DNA of 14,681 nt from NCBI GenBank assembly GCA_964565725.1, contig CAZMGA010000016.1:1-14681 (forward strand). The letters run 5' to 3'. The notes beneath the pieces are model-generated. The model ran no database searches. It saw nothing but the letters and a program-made list of their open reading frames with translations, and had not been told where the DNA came from. This DNA comes from an uncultured archaeon (GTDB lineage Archaea > Iainarchaeota > Iainarchaeia > Iainarchaeales > 0-14-0-20-30-16). Made by a program: the position numbers and the translations under genes. Position 1 is the first letter of the stretch. Each line of letters opens with the position of its first letter. Shown here piece by piece: positions 1 to 8,993 of this stretch.

Positions 1-570
1 ATATTTTAATAAATTTAAAACGTCTGCTCTACCTTCTACTAAAATTATTTCATCATATGAATCTATATTTGGACCAGCACTTAGTTTATCTGGGCCAAAA
101 CTAGTTACTTTTGAAGTTTGAATTTCATCTCTAACTTCATTAGTGATTTCTTGACTATCTGGTATTTCTTCATTTAAAATATTTGCCAATAATTCTTTTG
201 CTCTAGAAACAATAACTTTTCTTTTACTACCTCTAGTATCTTCAATAGCATCGGTTTTGAAAATAGCATCACAAGGACCTACTTTATCTACAACTTCCAT
301 AGTAGCTGCTAAAATAGCTGTTTCAACCATATCTGCACCAGAAGGTATAATTAAGGTTCCTTTAGTAACTCCTTTTTCAGAAGCTAATTCTAATTCAATT
401 CTACCTATTTTTCCTGCACTTTGCAATTCTCTAATGTCTAAATCTTCACCAATTAAACCTTCAGATTGTCCAAATATTGCTCCAATTATATCATGTTTAT
501 CTACAACGCCTTTTATTTCAAAAGATTGTTTAATAATATATTTTGCTTGATTTAAGTATGTTTTTGCCAT
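1..570 (-). CDS. dnaG: Archaeal DnaG-like primase / exosome-associated DnaG, N-terminal part (runs off left edge)
   Basis: Minus-strand open frame translates to [61 protein letters not shown]...[30 protein letters not shown]...[32 protein letters not shown], matching recalled archaeal DnaG motifs including the Toprim [13 protein letters not shown] signature. ATG at 570-568 is preceded by GAGGTGA. Absent from the ORF track because it is truncated by the window. Confidence 0.93.
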   Translation of the reverse strand, partial: [190 protein letters not shown]

Positions 571-607
571 AAATATTCACCTCTTGTTTATGGATTATTT
601 ATGAGAA

Positions 608-871
608 CTAGGCCTTAAACAATTTTAAGGAATAAGTATTTTCTTCTATTTGTAATATTTTTATGTTTGATTTGAAACCTTGAATAATGTTTGCATTCAC
701 TTTAAATTTTTTTAAAAAACTTAACAATTCATTATTTGCTTTGTTATCTAATGGAGGTGCTTTTATTCTTATTTCAAAAGCTCCTTTTTCTTCGTTATAA
801 CCTACAAACTCATTTATTTTTGAATTTGCTTTAATAAATATCTTTACCTTAAAATACACCATTTTTCTCAT
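608..871 (-). CDS. DUF167 / YggU (UPF0235) family protein
   Basis: 87-aa ORF with the family-like core IRIKAPPLDNKANNELLSFLKKF...IIQGFKSNIKILQI. Start may be the internal ATG at 862. Confidence 0.85.
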   Translation of the reverse strand: MRKMVYFKVKIFIKANSKINEFVGYNEEKGAFEIRIKAPPLDNKANNELLSFLKKFKVNANIIQGFKSNIKILQIEENTYSLKLFKA

Positions 872-919
872 TCTATTATATATAATTATTATACTATGAG
901 TTTATAAAGATAGGTTTAA

Positions 920-1582
920 TTATAATTTTCCAAAAATTTCCTTTTTAAACCTTTTAAAAAAAATATCCATGAATTTACTTCTATCTTTTGCAATTTTTTT
1001 ACCTTCTTTAGTAAATAGTTTTTTATGAATTTCTTTTAATTTTAAAAGATATTCTCTATAAGCAGTATCTTCTTTAGTATAACTATATTTATTATTTATA
1101 ATCTCAAAATCAGTCAATTCAGGACAATCTAATTTTGCATTATATTCTCCAACCCAAATAAATGCTCGCCCTATACCTATTGCTCCAATACAATCAATTT
1201 TATCAGCATCAAATAAAACTTTTGCCTCTATAGTTTTCAAATTTTCTTTAGAATTTTCTCTAAATCTATGTGATTTAATACAATATACTACTTGCTTAAT
1301 ATTTTCTTTATCATAATTATATTTATTTAAAATTTTTTCAGCTAATTCAGCACCATATTTTGCATGACATATTGTTTTATCAATAAATTCTTGTTCTCTA
1401 CCAATATCATGCAACAACACAGCCAATTCTACAATTTCTAAATTTGCTTTTTCTTTTTTTGCAATGTGTTTTGCAATATTTAAAACTCTTAAAGTATGAT
1501 CCAAATCATGACTGCTTTTTGCGTTTTTAAATATGTTTTCAACCTCTAAAGTAATTAATTTTAATATATTTTTATTTTGCAT
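920..1582 (-). CDS. HD-domain phosphohydrolase (uncharacterised)
   Basis: 220 aa; SSHDLDHTLRVLNIAKHIAKKE...LAVLLHDIGRE gives the H...HD metal-binding pattern. AGGG at the preceding stop serves as a possible SD. Confidence 0.85.
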   Translation of the reverse strand: MQNKNILKLITLEVENIFKNAKSSHDLDHTLRVLNIAKHIAKKEKANLEIVELAVLLHDIGREQEFIDKTICHAKYGAELAEKILNKYNYDKENIKQVVYCIKSHRFRENSKENLKTIEAKVLFDADKIDCIGAIGIGRAFIWVGEYNAKLDCPELTDFEIINNKYSYTKEDTAYREYLLKLKEIHKKLFTKEGKKIAKDRSKFMDIFFKRFKKEIFGKL

Positions 1583-1590
1583 ATAAAACC

Positions 1591-1956
1591 CTAACTTATA
1601 TTTGAACCCAAAGCAATATTTTTATCAGGTGTTAATAAAGATACTTTTTCTGTACCATCTTCTAATTTTTGAGATGCTGCTAAAAGCATACCTTCAGATA
1701 TAAAAGGGCCTAATTTTCTTGGTTCTAAATTACTCACAACAATTACATATTTATTTTGCAATTCTTCTTTAGTGTAAAAAAATTTTAATCCTGCTACTAA
1801 AGTTCTTTTTTCTGCTTCACCCAAATCAATTGTTAATTTATATAATTTATCTTTACCTAAAATATCTTCTACATCTAATATTTTTCCAACTTTTAATTTA
1901 ATTTTTGAAAAATAATCATAATTAATATTTTCTATTAACCCTTCAATTTTATCCAT
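1591..1956 (-). CDS. tRNA-binding (OB-fold) domain protein, methionyl-tRNA synthetase beta-subunit-like
   Basis: KLKVGKILDVEDILGKDKLYKLTIDLGEAEKRTLVAGL...NLEPRKLGPFISEGMLLAAS is the MetG C-terminal/CsaA-like tRNA_bind signature. GGTGAGG upstream of the ATG at 1956 favours that start over the listed 1980. Confidence 0.88.
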   Translation of the reverse strand: MDKIEGLIENINYDYFSKIKLKVGKILDVEDILGKDKLYKLTIDLGEAEKRTLVAGLKFFYTKEELQNKYVIVVSNLEPRKLGPFISEGMLLAASQKLEDGTEKVSLLTPDKNIALGSNIS

Positions 1957-1960
1957 AACC

Positions 1961-2404
1961 TCACCTTTTAATTTTATCAAAATATGTTCTGTCTGCTTTT
2001 TCTATAAATAATCTTATTTTTGAATTTTCAGGGAATTCTTTTAATGTTTTTCCAAACCTATAAATTAATATTTTTTCAATTTCTTTTCTAAGAACCAAAT
2101 AATCTTTATGACCCCATAAAGCTAAATTTTTTAGATTTTTTAAATTTAATTCAAAATAAACCAATTCATAATATTTTATTCTTGCTAAATTTTCTTTTTG
2201 TGCTTCTGTTAATTTATCAATTTTTAATTCTTCACTTGATTTTAATTCTTTTTTTGATTTAGAACTATTAACTCTTTTTACATTTTCAAACGGCCTTCTA
2301 ATTTTTAAAGAATCAAAAATCGTCCCTGTTGGGGTTGTGGATTTGTTTATTTTTTCCATTCGTCTTAATTTTGCTTGCAAGGGATCTTTAAATATTCTTG
2401 GCAT
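1961..2404 (-). CDS. Hypothetical basic protein
   Basis: 147-aa ORF rich in K/R. Its TGA stop (1963-1961) is inside the SD of the next gene, consistent with translational coupling. No recognised family. Confidence 0.7.
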   Translation of the reverse strand: MPRIFKDPLQAKLRRMEKINKSTTPTGTIFDSLKIRRPFENVKRVNSSKSKKELKSSEELKIDKLTEAQKENLARIKYYELVYFELNLKNLKNLALWGHKDYLVLRKEIEKILIYRFGKTLKEFPENSKIRLFIEKADRTYFDKIKR

Positions 2405-2466
2405 AATAAAATTATATCCAATTAGTTTAAATAAGTATTTTTAAAGGGAAAGCTTTTTAATTTATT

Positions 2467-3504
2467 ATGAGTTTTCCTGAATTTAAATATTTTCCAGACA
2501 GCCTAGATTTTACAATAACAAGAAATTGTACATTAAATTGTGAACATTGCATGGTAGGAAATTTATTACCTAAAGAAAATATGGACTATAGCTTTTTCAC
2601 TAAAACTATTTTTGAATATGAACAAATTTTAAAAGAACAAAGTAAAAATGAAAAACAAAAAAAACCCGCAATAATTTTATGGGGTGGGGAACCAACACTA
2701 CATCCCGAATTTAAAAAATTTGTAGAATTTGCTGCAAAACATTCTGAAATAGTATTAATAGATACAAACTTGACTGTTATGCCTATTAGAGAATCAGATT
2801 TAATAAATAAATTTGAATATTTAAAAAAACATAAAAACATAAGATTTATGATTTCATTTGATGATTTTCATTTATCTCAATTAAATAATTCCGCTTTGGA
2901 AAAATATGAATTGAAATTATTAAACTTTTTAAAATTTACAATTAATAACAATATAAATTGTGAATTTAATACTATAGGCACTATTAATACTTTAAAAAAA
3001 TTTAAAAATAAAGAATTAATAAAATTATTAAAAGATATATCTACAAACAAACCTAAAAACATAATCTTTACTAAAAATACTATAATAAATACAGGAAAAG
3101 CAAAAAAATTAAATGTTTCAAAAATATATTACCCAACAAGATTGGTTCATGACATATATCATAAAAATCCATCTTTAGTAATTAATTCTGATGGGCAAGT
3201 TTTTTATGGAGGAGAAGAAATATTTTTAGAAAGTTTAAATAAAAATAATTTTAGATATGCTGGAAATTTATATAAAGAAAGTTTATTAAGTGTAATTTCA
3301 AAGATAAGAAGACAAAAATTAATTCGAAGTGTTAAGGAAATAAAAAGATTACATAAAAAAGGAAAAATTAGTTTTGAAAATAGAAGTAAACCAGAACAAG
3401 CATGGATAGAAAAATGGTTTAATAATCCAGAAGCACGAAGAAATTATACCCGAAGAAAATTAAAGGAAATAAGAAAAAGATTAGGACAACACGTAAAAGG
3501 CTAA
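2467..3504 (+). CDS. Radical SAM domain protein
   Basis: FTITRNCTLNCEHCMVG contains CX3CX2C; ILWGGEPTLHPEFKKF is the GGEP motif. 345 aa with a basic C-terminal tail. Confidence 0.92.
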   Translation: MSFPEFKYFPDSLDFTITRNCTLNCEHCMVGNLLPKENMDYSFFTKTIFEYEQILKEQSKNEKQKKPAIILWGGEPTLHPEFKKFVEFAAKHSEIVLIDTNLTVMPIRESDLINKFEYLKKHKNIRFMISFDDFHLSQLNNSALEKYELKLLNFLKFTINNNINCEFNTIGTINTLKKFKNKELIKLLKDISTNKPKNIIFTKNTIINTGKAKKLNVSKIYYPTRLVHDIYHKNPSLVINSDGQVFYGGEEIFLESLNKNNFRYAGNLYKESLLSVISKIRRQKLIRSVKEIKRLHKKGKISFENRSKPEQAWIEKWFNNPEARRNYTRRKLKEIRKRLGQHVKG

Positions 3505-3525
3505 AAAAAAATAAAAAAAGAAAAC

Positions 3526-3541
3526 ATTAAATTATTTTAAT
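3526..3541. terminator. Hairpin at a convergent gene junction, possible bidirectional terminator
   Basis: ATTAAA-TTAT-TTTAAT (minus strand loop ATAA contains the UPF0147 TAA stop at 3534-3532). Minus strand continues GTTTTCTTTTTTTATTTTTTTTT. Confidence 0.4.
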
Positions 3542-3804
3542 TCTTCTTTAACTTTTTCTAAAATATTTAATAATTGCCAAATATCACTTTTTGCATTTAA
3601 AGGTAAATTTGGGTCTTCACTAATATCTTGTAAACTATATATTACTTCAGATAAAACAACAGTATTTTTAGAATCTTTAGTAATTTTTTCATGAATTTGA
3701 TTTAATGTGTTTTTTACATTTTTTGGTATCATCACATCAGTCAAAAGTAAATCAATTAAATCCAAAATATTTTGTTTTTCGGAATCAAAGTCAAATTTAG
3801 ACAT
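3532..3804 (-). CDS. UPF0147 family protein
   Basis: 90 aa: NILDLIDLLLTDVMIPKNVKNTLNQI...LSEVIYSLQDISEDPNLPLNAKSDIWQLLNILE, typical of the archaeal UPF0147 family. GGGGG upstream of the ATG. Confidence 0.85.
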   Translation of the reverse strand: MSKFDFDSEKQNILDLIDLLLTDVMIPKNVKNTLNQIHEKITKDSKNTVVLSEVIYSLQDISEDPNLPLNAKSDIWQLLNILEKVKEELK

Positions 3805-3808
3805 TATT

Positions 3809-3850
3809 AAAACCCCCTTTAAATAAAGGGTTTTGCATTTATAGCAAAAC
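3809..3850 (-). promoter_or_regulatory. Two overlapping, mutually exclusive hairpins between rps3ae and the UPF0147 gene
   Basis: Minus-strand RNA GUUUUGCUAUAAAUGCAAAACCCUUUAUUUAAAGGGGGUUUU: hairpin A GUUUUGC/GCAAAAC (3850-3844 with 3836-3830); hairpin B AAAACCCUUU-AUUU-AAAGGG(GG)UUUU (3834-3809). Confidence 0.45.
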
Positions 3851-4414
3851 TCTTACTTTCTCCATTTCAGTAGCACTAATTGGAGCTATTTTTTTAATTT
3901 TAGGAATTAATTCTTCAAAATAAGTTTTTTCCATAATTTTTTCTAAAAACTTTTCTGCAGAATTTTCTTTAGCTGTTTTTGTAACATAGTCTACAAGTTC
4001 TTTTTTTATTGTTTTTCTTTTAGATAATTCTTGTTTTCCAAATGTTATAACAACACATTTTACACTCATTTTTTTTTCATCTTTAGATTGTATTTTTAAA
4101 ACAGATTCAATTTTACTAGTTCTTCTTCTAAATAATCTTCTTAAATAAGATGATTTAACTTCAAAACCTACTAATTCAGTTTGAGCGTTAGAACCTTCAA
4201 TTTTTGTTATTTTTAAAGATACATCTACATTTTTTTTCTTTACTTGATTTGTTAAAGAACCCAAATTTGTTTTAATTACTCTACCAATTATCTGTTCTGG
4301 TTTAATAGCAACAGTATCACCAAATTCCATATTCCCAAATATTTTTGGAGCAAATAATTTGTATTGTTTCTTTTTTTTCCACTTATCAACAACTGCTTTA
4401 CGATTATCAGCCAT
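3839..4414 (-). CDS. rps3ae: Small ribosomal subunit protein eS1 (S3Ae)
   Basis: 191 aa: VVDKWKKKKQYKLFAPKIFGNMEFGDTVAIKPEQIIGRVIKTNLGSLTN...SYLRRLFRRRTSKIE matches the eS1 pattern. Confidence 0.93.
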   Translation of the reverse strand: MADNRKAVVDKWKKKKQYKLFAPKIFGNMEFGDTVAIKPEQIIGRVIKTNLGSLTNQVKKKNVDVSLKITKIEGSNAQTELVGFEVKSSYLRRLFRRRTSKIESVLKIQSKDEKKMSVKCVVITFGKQELSKRKTIKKELVDYVTKTAKENSAEKFLEKIMEKTYFEELIPKIKKIAPISATEMEKVRVLL

Positions 4415-4422
4415 TTAATCAC

Positions 4423-4932
4423 CTACTTAACCAATATTGCTGCCTTTTCTTCGCTATAATTCCAATTATTAGGCAACTTTCCTATTCTTTTGTAGTACTT
4501 TGCAAGACGTCTAATTTTTGATACTGTTATTTGATAACCTCTTTTGGAAGTAGTATCTTTTTTGTTTACTTTCATATGTTTCAACAATTTAACAGCTCTT
4601 CTTAATAAATTTGATAAATCTTCTGGAAGTTCTGGTTGTATATTTTTTTCATTTAATATTGCCAAAATTGTTTTTCCATAAAACTTTTTTACATTGAAAA
4701 TTTTATATTTTTCTTTTAAAATTAAACCTATTTTTGATGTTGATAAACCATCATTATGTAAATCAACTATTATTTTAGGTAATTCTTCTTTTTTAAGTTC
4801 TATTTTTTCTTCTGTTTTTACTTTTGTTTTTTTTACTTCTTTTTTTGTAGTATTTTCTACTTTTTTTACTAAACCTGTATTAGAAGTTTCAACTACTTCT
4901 GAAACGGGCTCAGTAGTGTTTTTCTTAACCAT
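4423..4932 (-). CDS. rps15: Small ribosomal subunit protein uS15 with atypical N-terminal region
   Basis: DLHNDGLSTSKIGLILKEKY...PELPEDLSNLLRRAVKLLKHMKVNKKDTTSKRGYQITVSKIRRLAKYYKRIGKLPNNWNY matches archaeal uS15. SD GGTGATG upstream. Confidence 0.92.
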   Translation of the reverse strand: MVKKNTTEPVSEVVETSNTGLVKKVENTTKKEVKKTKVKTEEKIELKKEELPKIIVDLHNDGLSTSKIGLILKEKYKIFNVKKFYGKTILAILNEKNIQPELPEDLSNLLRRAVKLLKHMKVNKKDTTSKRGYQITVSKIRRLAKYYKRIGKLPNNWNYSEEKAAILVK

Positions 4933-4994
4933 TACATCACCAACCCTTTAAAATTAGTTAATAATATATTATATAATAAGCCTTATAAAGCTAT

Positions 4995-7900
4995 TTATTC
5001 CTCTTTTTCAATATTATAATAAGTTTCTTTGGGTTGTTCTTTTTTTGGAAATTCTAATTTTTTTCTAAATAATATATACAAAACACCCAATAAAATTACG
5101 AAACCCAAACCTAAATAAATAGAAATATTATTATTTGAAGATTTTTTATCCATCAAAGATAATTTAGAATAATAAATTGATTCTATATAATTATTAGAAT
5201 CATAATAATCTTTTGCTTTATAAAATTCTAATGGAGCCTCTCCATCAATTTTATTTGCCACAAATAATAATTCTGTTTTTGCAATATCTTTAAGGTCTTG
5301 TTCTATTATATCAAAAGATTGTAATACTAAATCATAATCATAAAAAAAAGCGTCATAGTCTTTTGATAATAAAAATAAACCAATTGTATTTTTTTCATAT
5401 TCTTTGGCAACTGAATCTAAATTCACTATATCTTTAGACATAGATGTTAAAGTTTTTTTCACTGTTGTTAAATCTTTAGGATCAAAATTAAAGTTAATAC
5501 CTAATTTTTTAATTATTTGATAATGATCTGAATTAAATGAATCTTCTAATAAAGCATATTTTTTCCAAAAATCATTTAGATTTTCTTTATATAATTTATA
5601 TTTTGCAATCGTATCTTTATTAATTTTATTTGTGTCTTTTGTAGAATCTTTTATAAAAGTATTAAATTCTACAAGTTCAGATTTATAGTTATCTAATTCT
5701 AAAAAAGCAGAATTATAATCATTTTCGTATAACCTATTTGATAAATTAGTTTGAATTTTAGAAAAATTATTGGAAAAAATAGAATAATCTAGATTTAATG
5801 TTTTTGCATTTTTTTCTAGCTCTTTAAATTTTAAGTTTTCAGAATCATATAACTTTAAAATAGCAGAATCTAAACTTTTGGTATCTAATTTTAATTGTTC
5901 TAAAACTTTTAAAGAACCTTGAATATCTCCCAAAGAATATAAATTATTAGAATTATCTAAGACATCATTTAAAATAGAAAACTCTAAATTAGAATTGATT
6001 TTTACATTATAATCTTTTTCTAATTTTTTAATTGCAAAAGCATATTGTTTTTGTAAATTAAAGATTTTCGTCAACTCTAGATTCCTTTTTTCCATTAATA
6101 TTGAATTATTTACGCAGTCACCCAATAAATTATTTATTTTGGCCCGCAAACTAGAGATTAGTTTTATTTTTTTGTACTGAACAGACTCTTTATTTATTTT
6201 GACAATTTCTTGATTCAATTCCAATATTTTTTCTTCTGTAATCCAGGAAAATTTTTCTAAATATGCAATATCTTTTATTAAATTAGTTATATCTTTTTCT
6301 ATGTCATAAGAATTATTTTCAAAAACAATAGTTAAGTTTTTTTCTTGTTTTGCGTATAATAAATCAATTTTAAAATAAATTAATTGGTTTTGTATGTTTA
6401 CATCATATTCCTTATCAGAATATAATTTTATTTGGGAATTATTATTAACTTGTTGCAAATTAGGAATAGTTAAATTTATTTTATTTAAAGTTATATTTAA
6501 GTTATTTTTTAGTTTTAAATCATAAGTATAAATATTATTTTCAAAAGAATTTAGAGTATAATTCAATTCTATTGGATTTATTAAACTATAATTCACATAA
6601 ACACACTTTTTCTTAGGGCTCAAATTTTCAAAAACAATTTTTATTTTTGAATCTTCTATTTTAGATGGATATGTTTTTATATCGTCTGAAATAATTACTT
6701 GAGATATATGTTTTTCATCTATAGGAATATCTATATAATTATAATGATTTAAAATTTTTGTAAAACAAACTTCTTGTTGCAAAACACCATAATTAGAATT
6801 TACATTTATTGCTTTTGTTTTATAAGTAATGTCTTCATTGATCAGTAAAATATTATAATTCATATTTTCATTTAAACATTTAAATTCTAAGTTAAATTTT
6901 TCAGATACTTTTCTTAAACAGTCTTTAGGAATTATTTCACTTATAAATTCATTATTTAAAATTATATTAAAATCTAAATCCATCTTTCCTAAGTAATTAT
7001 TAAACTTTATCGAATTATTATCTATTTCATAATTTTCCTCAAAATAATAACTTAAACCTTTATTTAAGGAAGTATTTAAATTTAATTCAAAATCATTTAA
7101 ATAGTTATAATATTCTGAAATATTTTGTTCTAATAAAAATATATTTAATAATTTATTATCACTACAAATACTCTCTCTTTCAAAAAGCGCAAAATAATCT
7201 TTTTTTATAATGGAATAATCATTTAAATTAACACATTCTTTTGAATTTAATAATTTTTCCAAAAGTTCTAATTTTGAATTTATTATAAAATATTTTTCTT
7301 TAAGTAAATTAAACTCTTTAGTATTTTGTGCGAGCAATAAAACGTTTTTATTTGGTTTTGTATTTAAATTTAAATTATTGTTCAAATTTTCATATTGGTT
7401 AATACAATCTGTGTTTTCAGAATACAAAAGAATTTCAAAATATTTATTACAATACAAAACTTTTTTCTCGTTTTCTTTAGATTCAAAAAAATAATTCAAA
7501 TAATTTTGTAAAATAGTCCTTTTTTTAGAATCTTCTATTTTTAATACATTTTGCTTTTCGTTAATTAAATCAGCAGAACATAAAGATACTAAAGTTGTAA
7601 AATCAACTAAATTATAATTTGTTATTTCATCTTCTAAATCTTCTAAAATATATTTTAATGATTTTAAATAAACATGTTGTTCTCCTAAAGAATTAGCATC
7701 TAAAAAATCTAAATTATATTCTATATTTTTTAAATTACTCAATAATTCTTGAGGTTTGCTTTTTAGGTTATATTTTTCGTATAATAAACTATAATTATTA
7801 GAACCTATCAATTTTGATTCTATTTTTTCTCTTAATTCTTTTGTTTTGATTAAATATTCTTTTTTATATAATTTATTTTCTTGCTTAATTACACTTATAT

Positions 7901-8963
7901 CTTCATCAATTTTTTTTACCAAATCAAAATAAGATTTGTCAATTAAAGAATTTTTTCCATGTGCTGATTCAAAATCTAACAAAAAAGTTTTTAAAAATTC
8001 TAATTTATTCCACTCGTTTAAATTAGTTTTGTGAATTATAGATTCTATTAAATTACTAACTTGTTTAACAATACTATTAGTTCCTGAAAATGCATTAATT
8101 ATTAAAGAGATATCTGACAATGCAAAAGAACTGCTTAATAATAAACCATAAGTCAAAAAAGAAGAATAATCAGAAATATAATTTTCTTGTGAATTTAAAG
8201 TATCTATAATAACATTTAATTCATTTTTTGTATTTTCATTAACATAATATTTAAAATAAAACTCAAATGTTTTGTTAGAAATACTTTCTTTAATATCTAT
8301 ATTTTTGCCTAATAATTTTTGATATTCGTTAATAATATTGTTTAATTCTATATAATCAAAATATAATTGTGTATTTGGCATTAATAAAGGATCATATTCT
8401 AATAAATCATTTTTTATTGAAAATAAGGATAAAGTAAAATTTTGCATAGCCAAATTATTATGATTATCTAATTCCAAAAGATTATTTTTTATTTTAGTTT
8501 TATAATCAGAAAATTCTAAATCGTAAAGATCATTACAGGTATTATTAATTAAAACATAATTATATGCAATTTTATCTGAACTTTCCCAAGATGAAATTAA
8601 ATTAGATCTATAAGCGTTAATATAAATATTGGATTTTGAACTTAGATTTTTAAATACTATCTTTTCAGATATTTCGTTATAGTTTTTTGCACAATCAGAA
8701 ACATCTGGTTCTTTTTTAAATTTTGAAAAATCAGCACATATTGGATAATTATTTGGTTTTAAACTTATTTCATTACATTTTTCTCTAGCTTCAAAAATAT
8801 TGATGCAAGAATAATTTTCTGATTCCAAACTCTCATCAGAACTATCTTCTTTACAAAAATTAACACAACCAGACAAAAAAATTAAAGATACTAATAATAC
8901 ACATATAAAAAAAATAATATAGTTATTAAAACTTTTGCTACCTTTATATTTATTAAGAAGCAT
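4995..8963 (-). CDS. Giant predicted surface lipoprotein with C-terminal transmembrane anchor
   Basis: 1322 aa; N-terminal hydrophobic stretch ending in lipobox-like LSGC; Cys-containing juxtamembrane region; long helical/charged region; C-terminal TM SIYLGLGFVILLGVLYILFRKK then a short charged tail. No family recognised. Confidence 0.82.
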   Translation of the reverse strand: MLLNKYKGSKSFNNYIIFFICVLLVSLIFLSGCVNFCKEDSSDESLESENYSCINIFEAREKCNEISLKPNNYPICADFSKFKKEPDVSDCAKNYNEISEKIVFKNLSSKSNIYINAYRSNLISSWESSDKIAYNYVLINNTCNDLYDLEFSDYKTKIKNNLLELDNHNNLAMQNFTLSLFSIKNDLLEYDPLLMPNTQLYFDYIELNNIINEYQKLLGKNIDIKESISNKTFEFYFKYYVNENTKNELNVIIDTLNSQENYISDYSSFLTYGLLLSSSFALSDISLIINAFSGTNSIVKQVSNLIESIIHKTNLNEWNKLEFLKTFLLDFESAHGKNSLIDKSYFDLVKKIDEDISVIKQENKLYKKEYLIKTKELREKIESKLIGSNNYSLLYEKYNLKSKPQELLSNLKNIEYNLDFLDANSLGEQHVYLKSLKYILEDLEDEITNYNLVDFTTLVSLCSADLINEKQNVLKIEDSKKRTILQNYLNYFFESKENEKKVLYCNKYFEILLYSENTDCINQYENLNNNLNLNTKPNKNVLLLAQNTKEFNLLKEKYFIINSKLELLEKLLNSKECVNLNDYSIIKKDYFALFERESICSDNKLLNIFLLEQNISEYYNYLNDFELNLNTSLNKGLSYYFEENYEIDNNSIKFNNYLGKMDLDFNIILNNEFISEIIPKDCLRKVSEKFNLEFKCLNENMNYNILLINEDITYKTKAINVNSNYGVLQQEVCFTKILNHYNYIDIPIDEKHISQVIISDDIKTYPSKIEDSKIKIVFENLSPKKKCVYVNYSLINPIELNYTLNSFENNIYTYDLKLKNNLNITLNKINLTIPNLQQVNNNSQIKLYSDKEYDVNIQNQLIYFKIDLLYAKQEKNLTIVFENNSYDIEKDITNLIKDIAYLEKFSWITEEKILELNQEIVKINKESVQYKKIKLISSLRAKINNLLGDCVNNSILMEKRNLELTKIFNLQKQYAFAIKKLEKDYNVKINSNLEFSILNDVLDNSNNLYSLGDIQGSLKVLEQLKLDTKSLDSAILKLYDSENLKFKELEKNAKTLNLDYSIFSNNFSKIQTNLSNRLYENDYNSAFLELDNYKSELVEFNTFIKDSTKDTNKINKDTIAKYKLYKENLNDFWKKYALLEDSFNSDHYQIIKKLGINFNFDPKDLTTVKKTLTSMSKDIVNLDSVAKEYEKNTIGLFLLSKDYDAFFYDYDLVLQSFDIIEQDLKDIAKTELLFVANKIDGEAPLEFYKAKDYYDSNNYIESIYYSKLSLMDKKSSNNNISIYLGLGFVILLGVLYILFRKKLEFPKKEQPKETYYNIEKEE

Positions 8964-8966
8964 TGA

Positions 8967-8993
8967 TTATATATTAATTTAAGAATTTATAAA
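8967..8993. promoter_or_regulatory. Overlapping divergent promoter region
   Basis: TTTATAAA (8986-8993) is centred about 26 nt from the minus ATG at 8963, fitting a leaderless mRNA. TATATATTAA-like sequence (about 8969-8978) lies about 27 nt before a plausible plus-strand start near 9000, and the plus gene has GTGAG before its ATG. Confidence 0.4.

Noticed and set aside
257-550. Plus-strand 97-aa ORF
   Set aside because: Antisense to the confident dnaG frame; composition is that of a shadow ORF.
920-1582. HD protein as a c-di-AMP phosphodiesterase partner of the cyclase
   Set aside because: Only a generic HD motif and about 9 kb separation; no sequence evidence linking them.
2586-3062. Minus-strand ORFs of 84 and 61 aa (2586-2840, 2877-3062)
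   Set aside because: Entirely antisense to the radical SAM gene; Phe/Asn/Leu-rich shadow translations.
4694-4951. Plus-strand 85-aa ORF
   Set aside because: Antisense to rps15; sequence is the reverse reading of its Lys/Thr-rich N-terminus.
4979-4992. Short hairpin AGCTT-TATA-AGGCT (minus strand) just after the giant gene stop
   Set aside because: Only 5 bp with one G-U pair; not strong enough to list, though it resembles the other stop-proximal hairpins.
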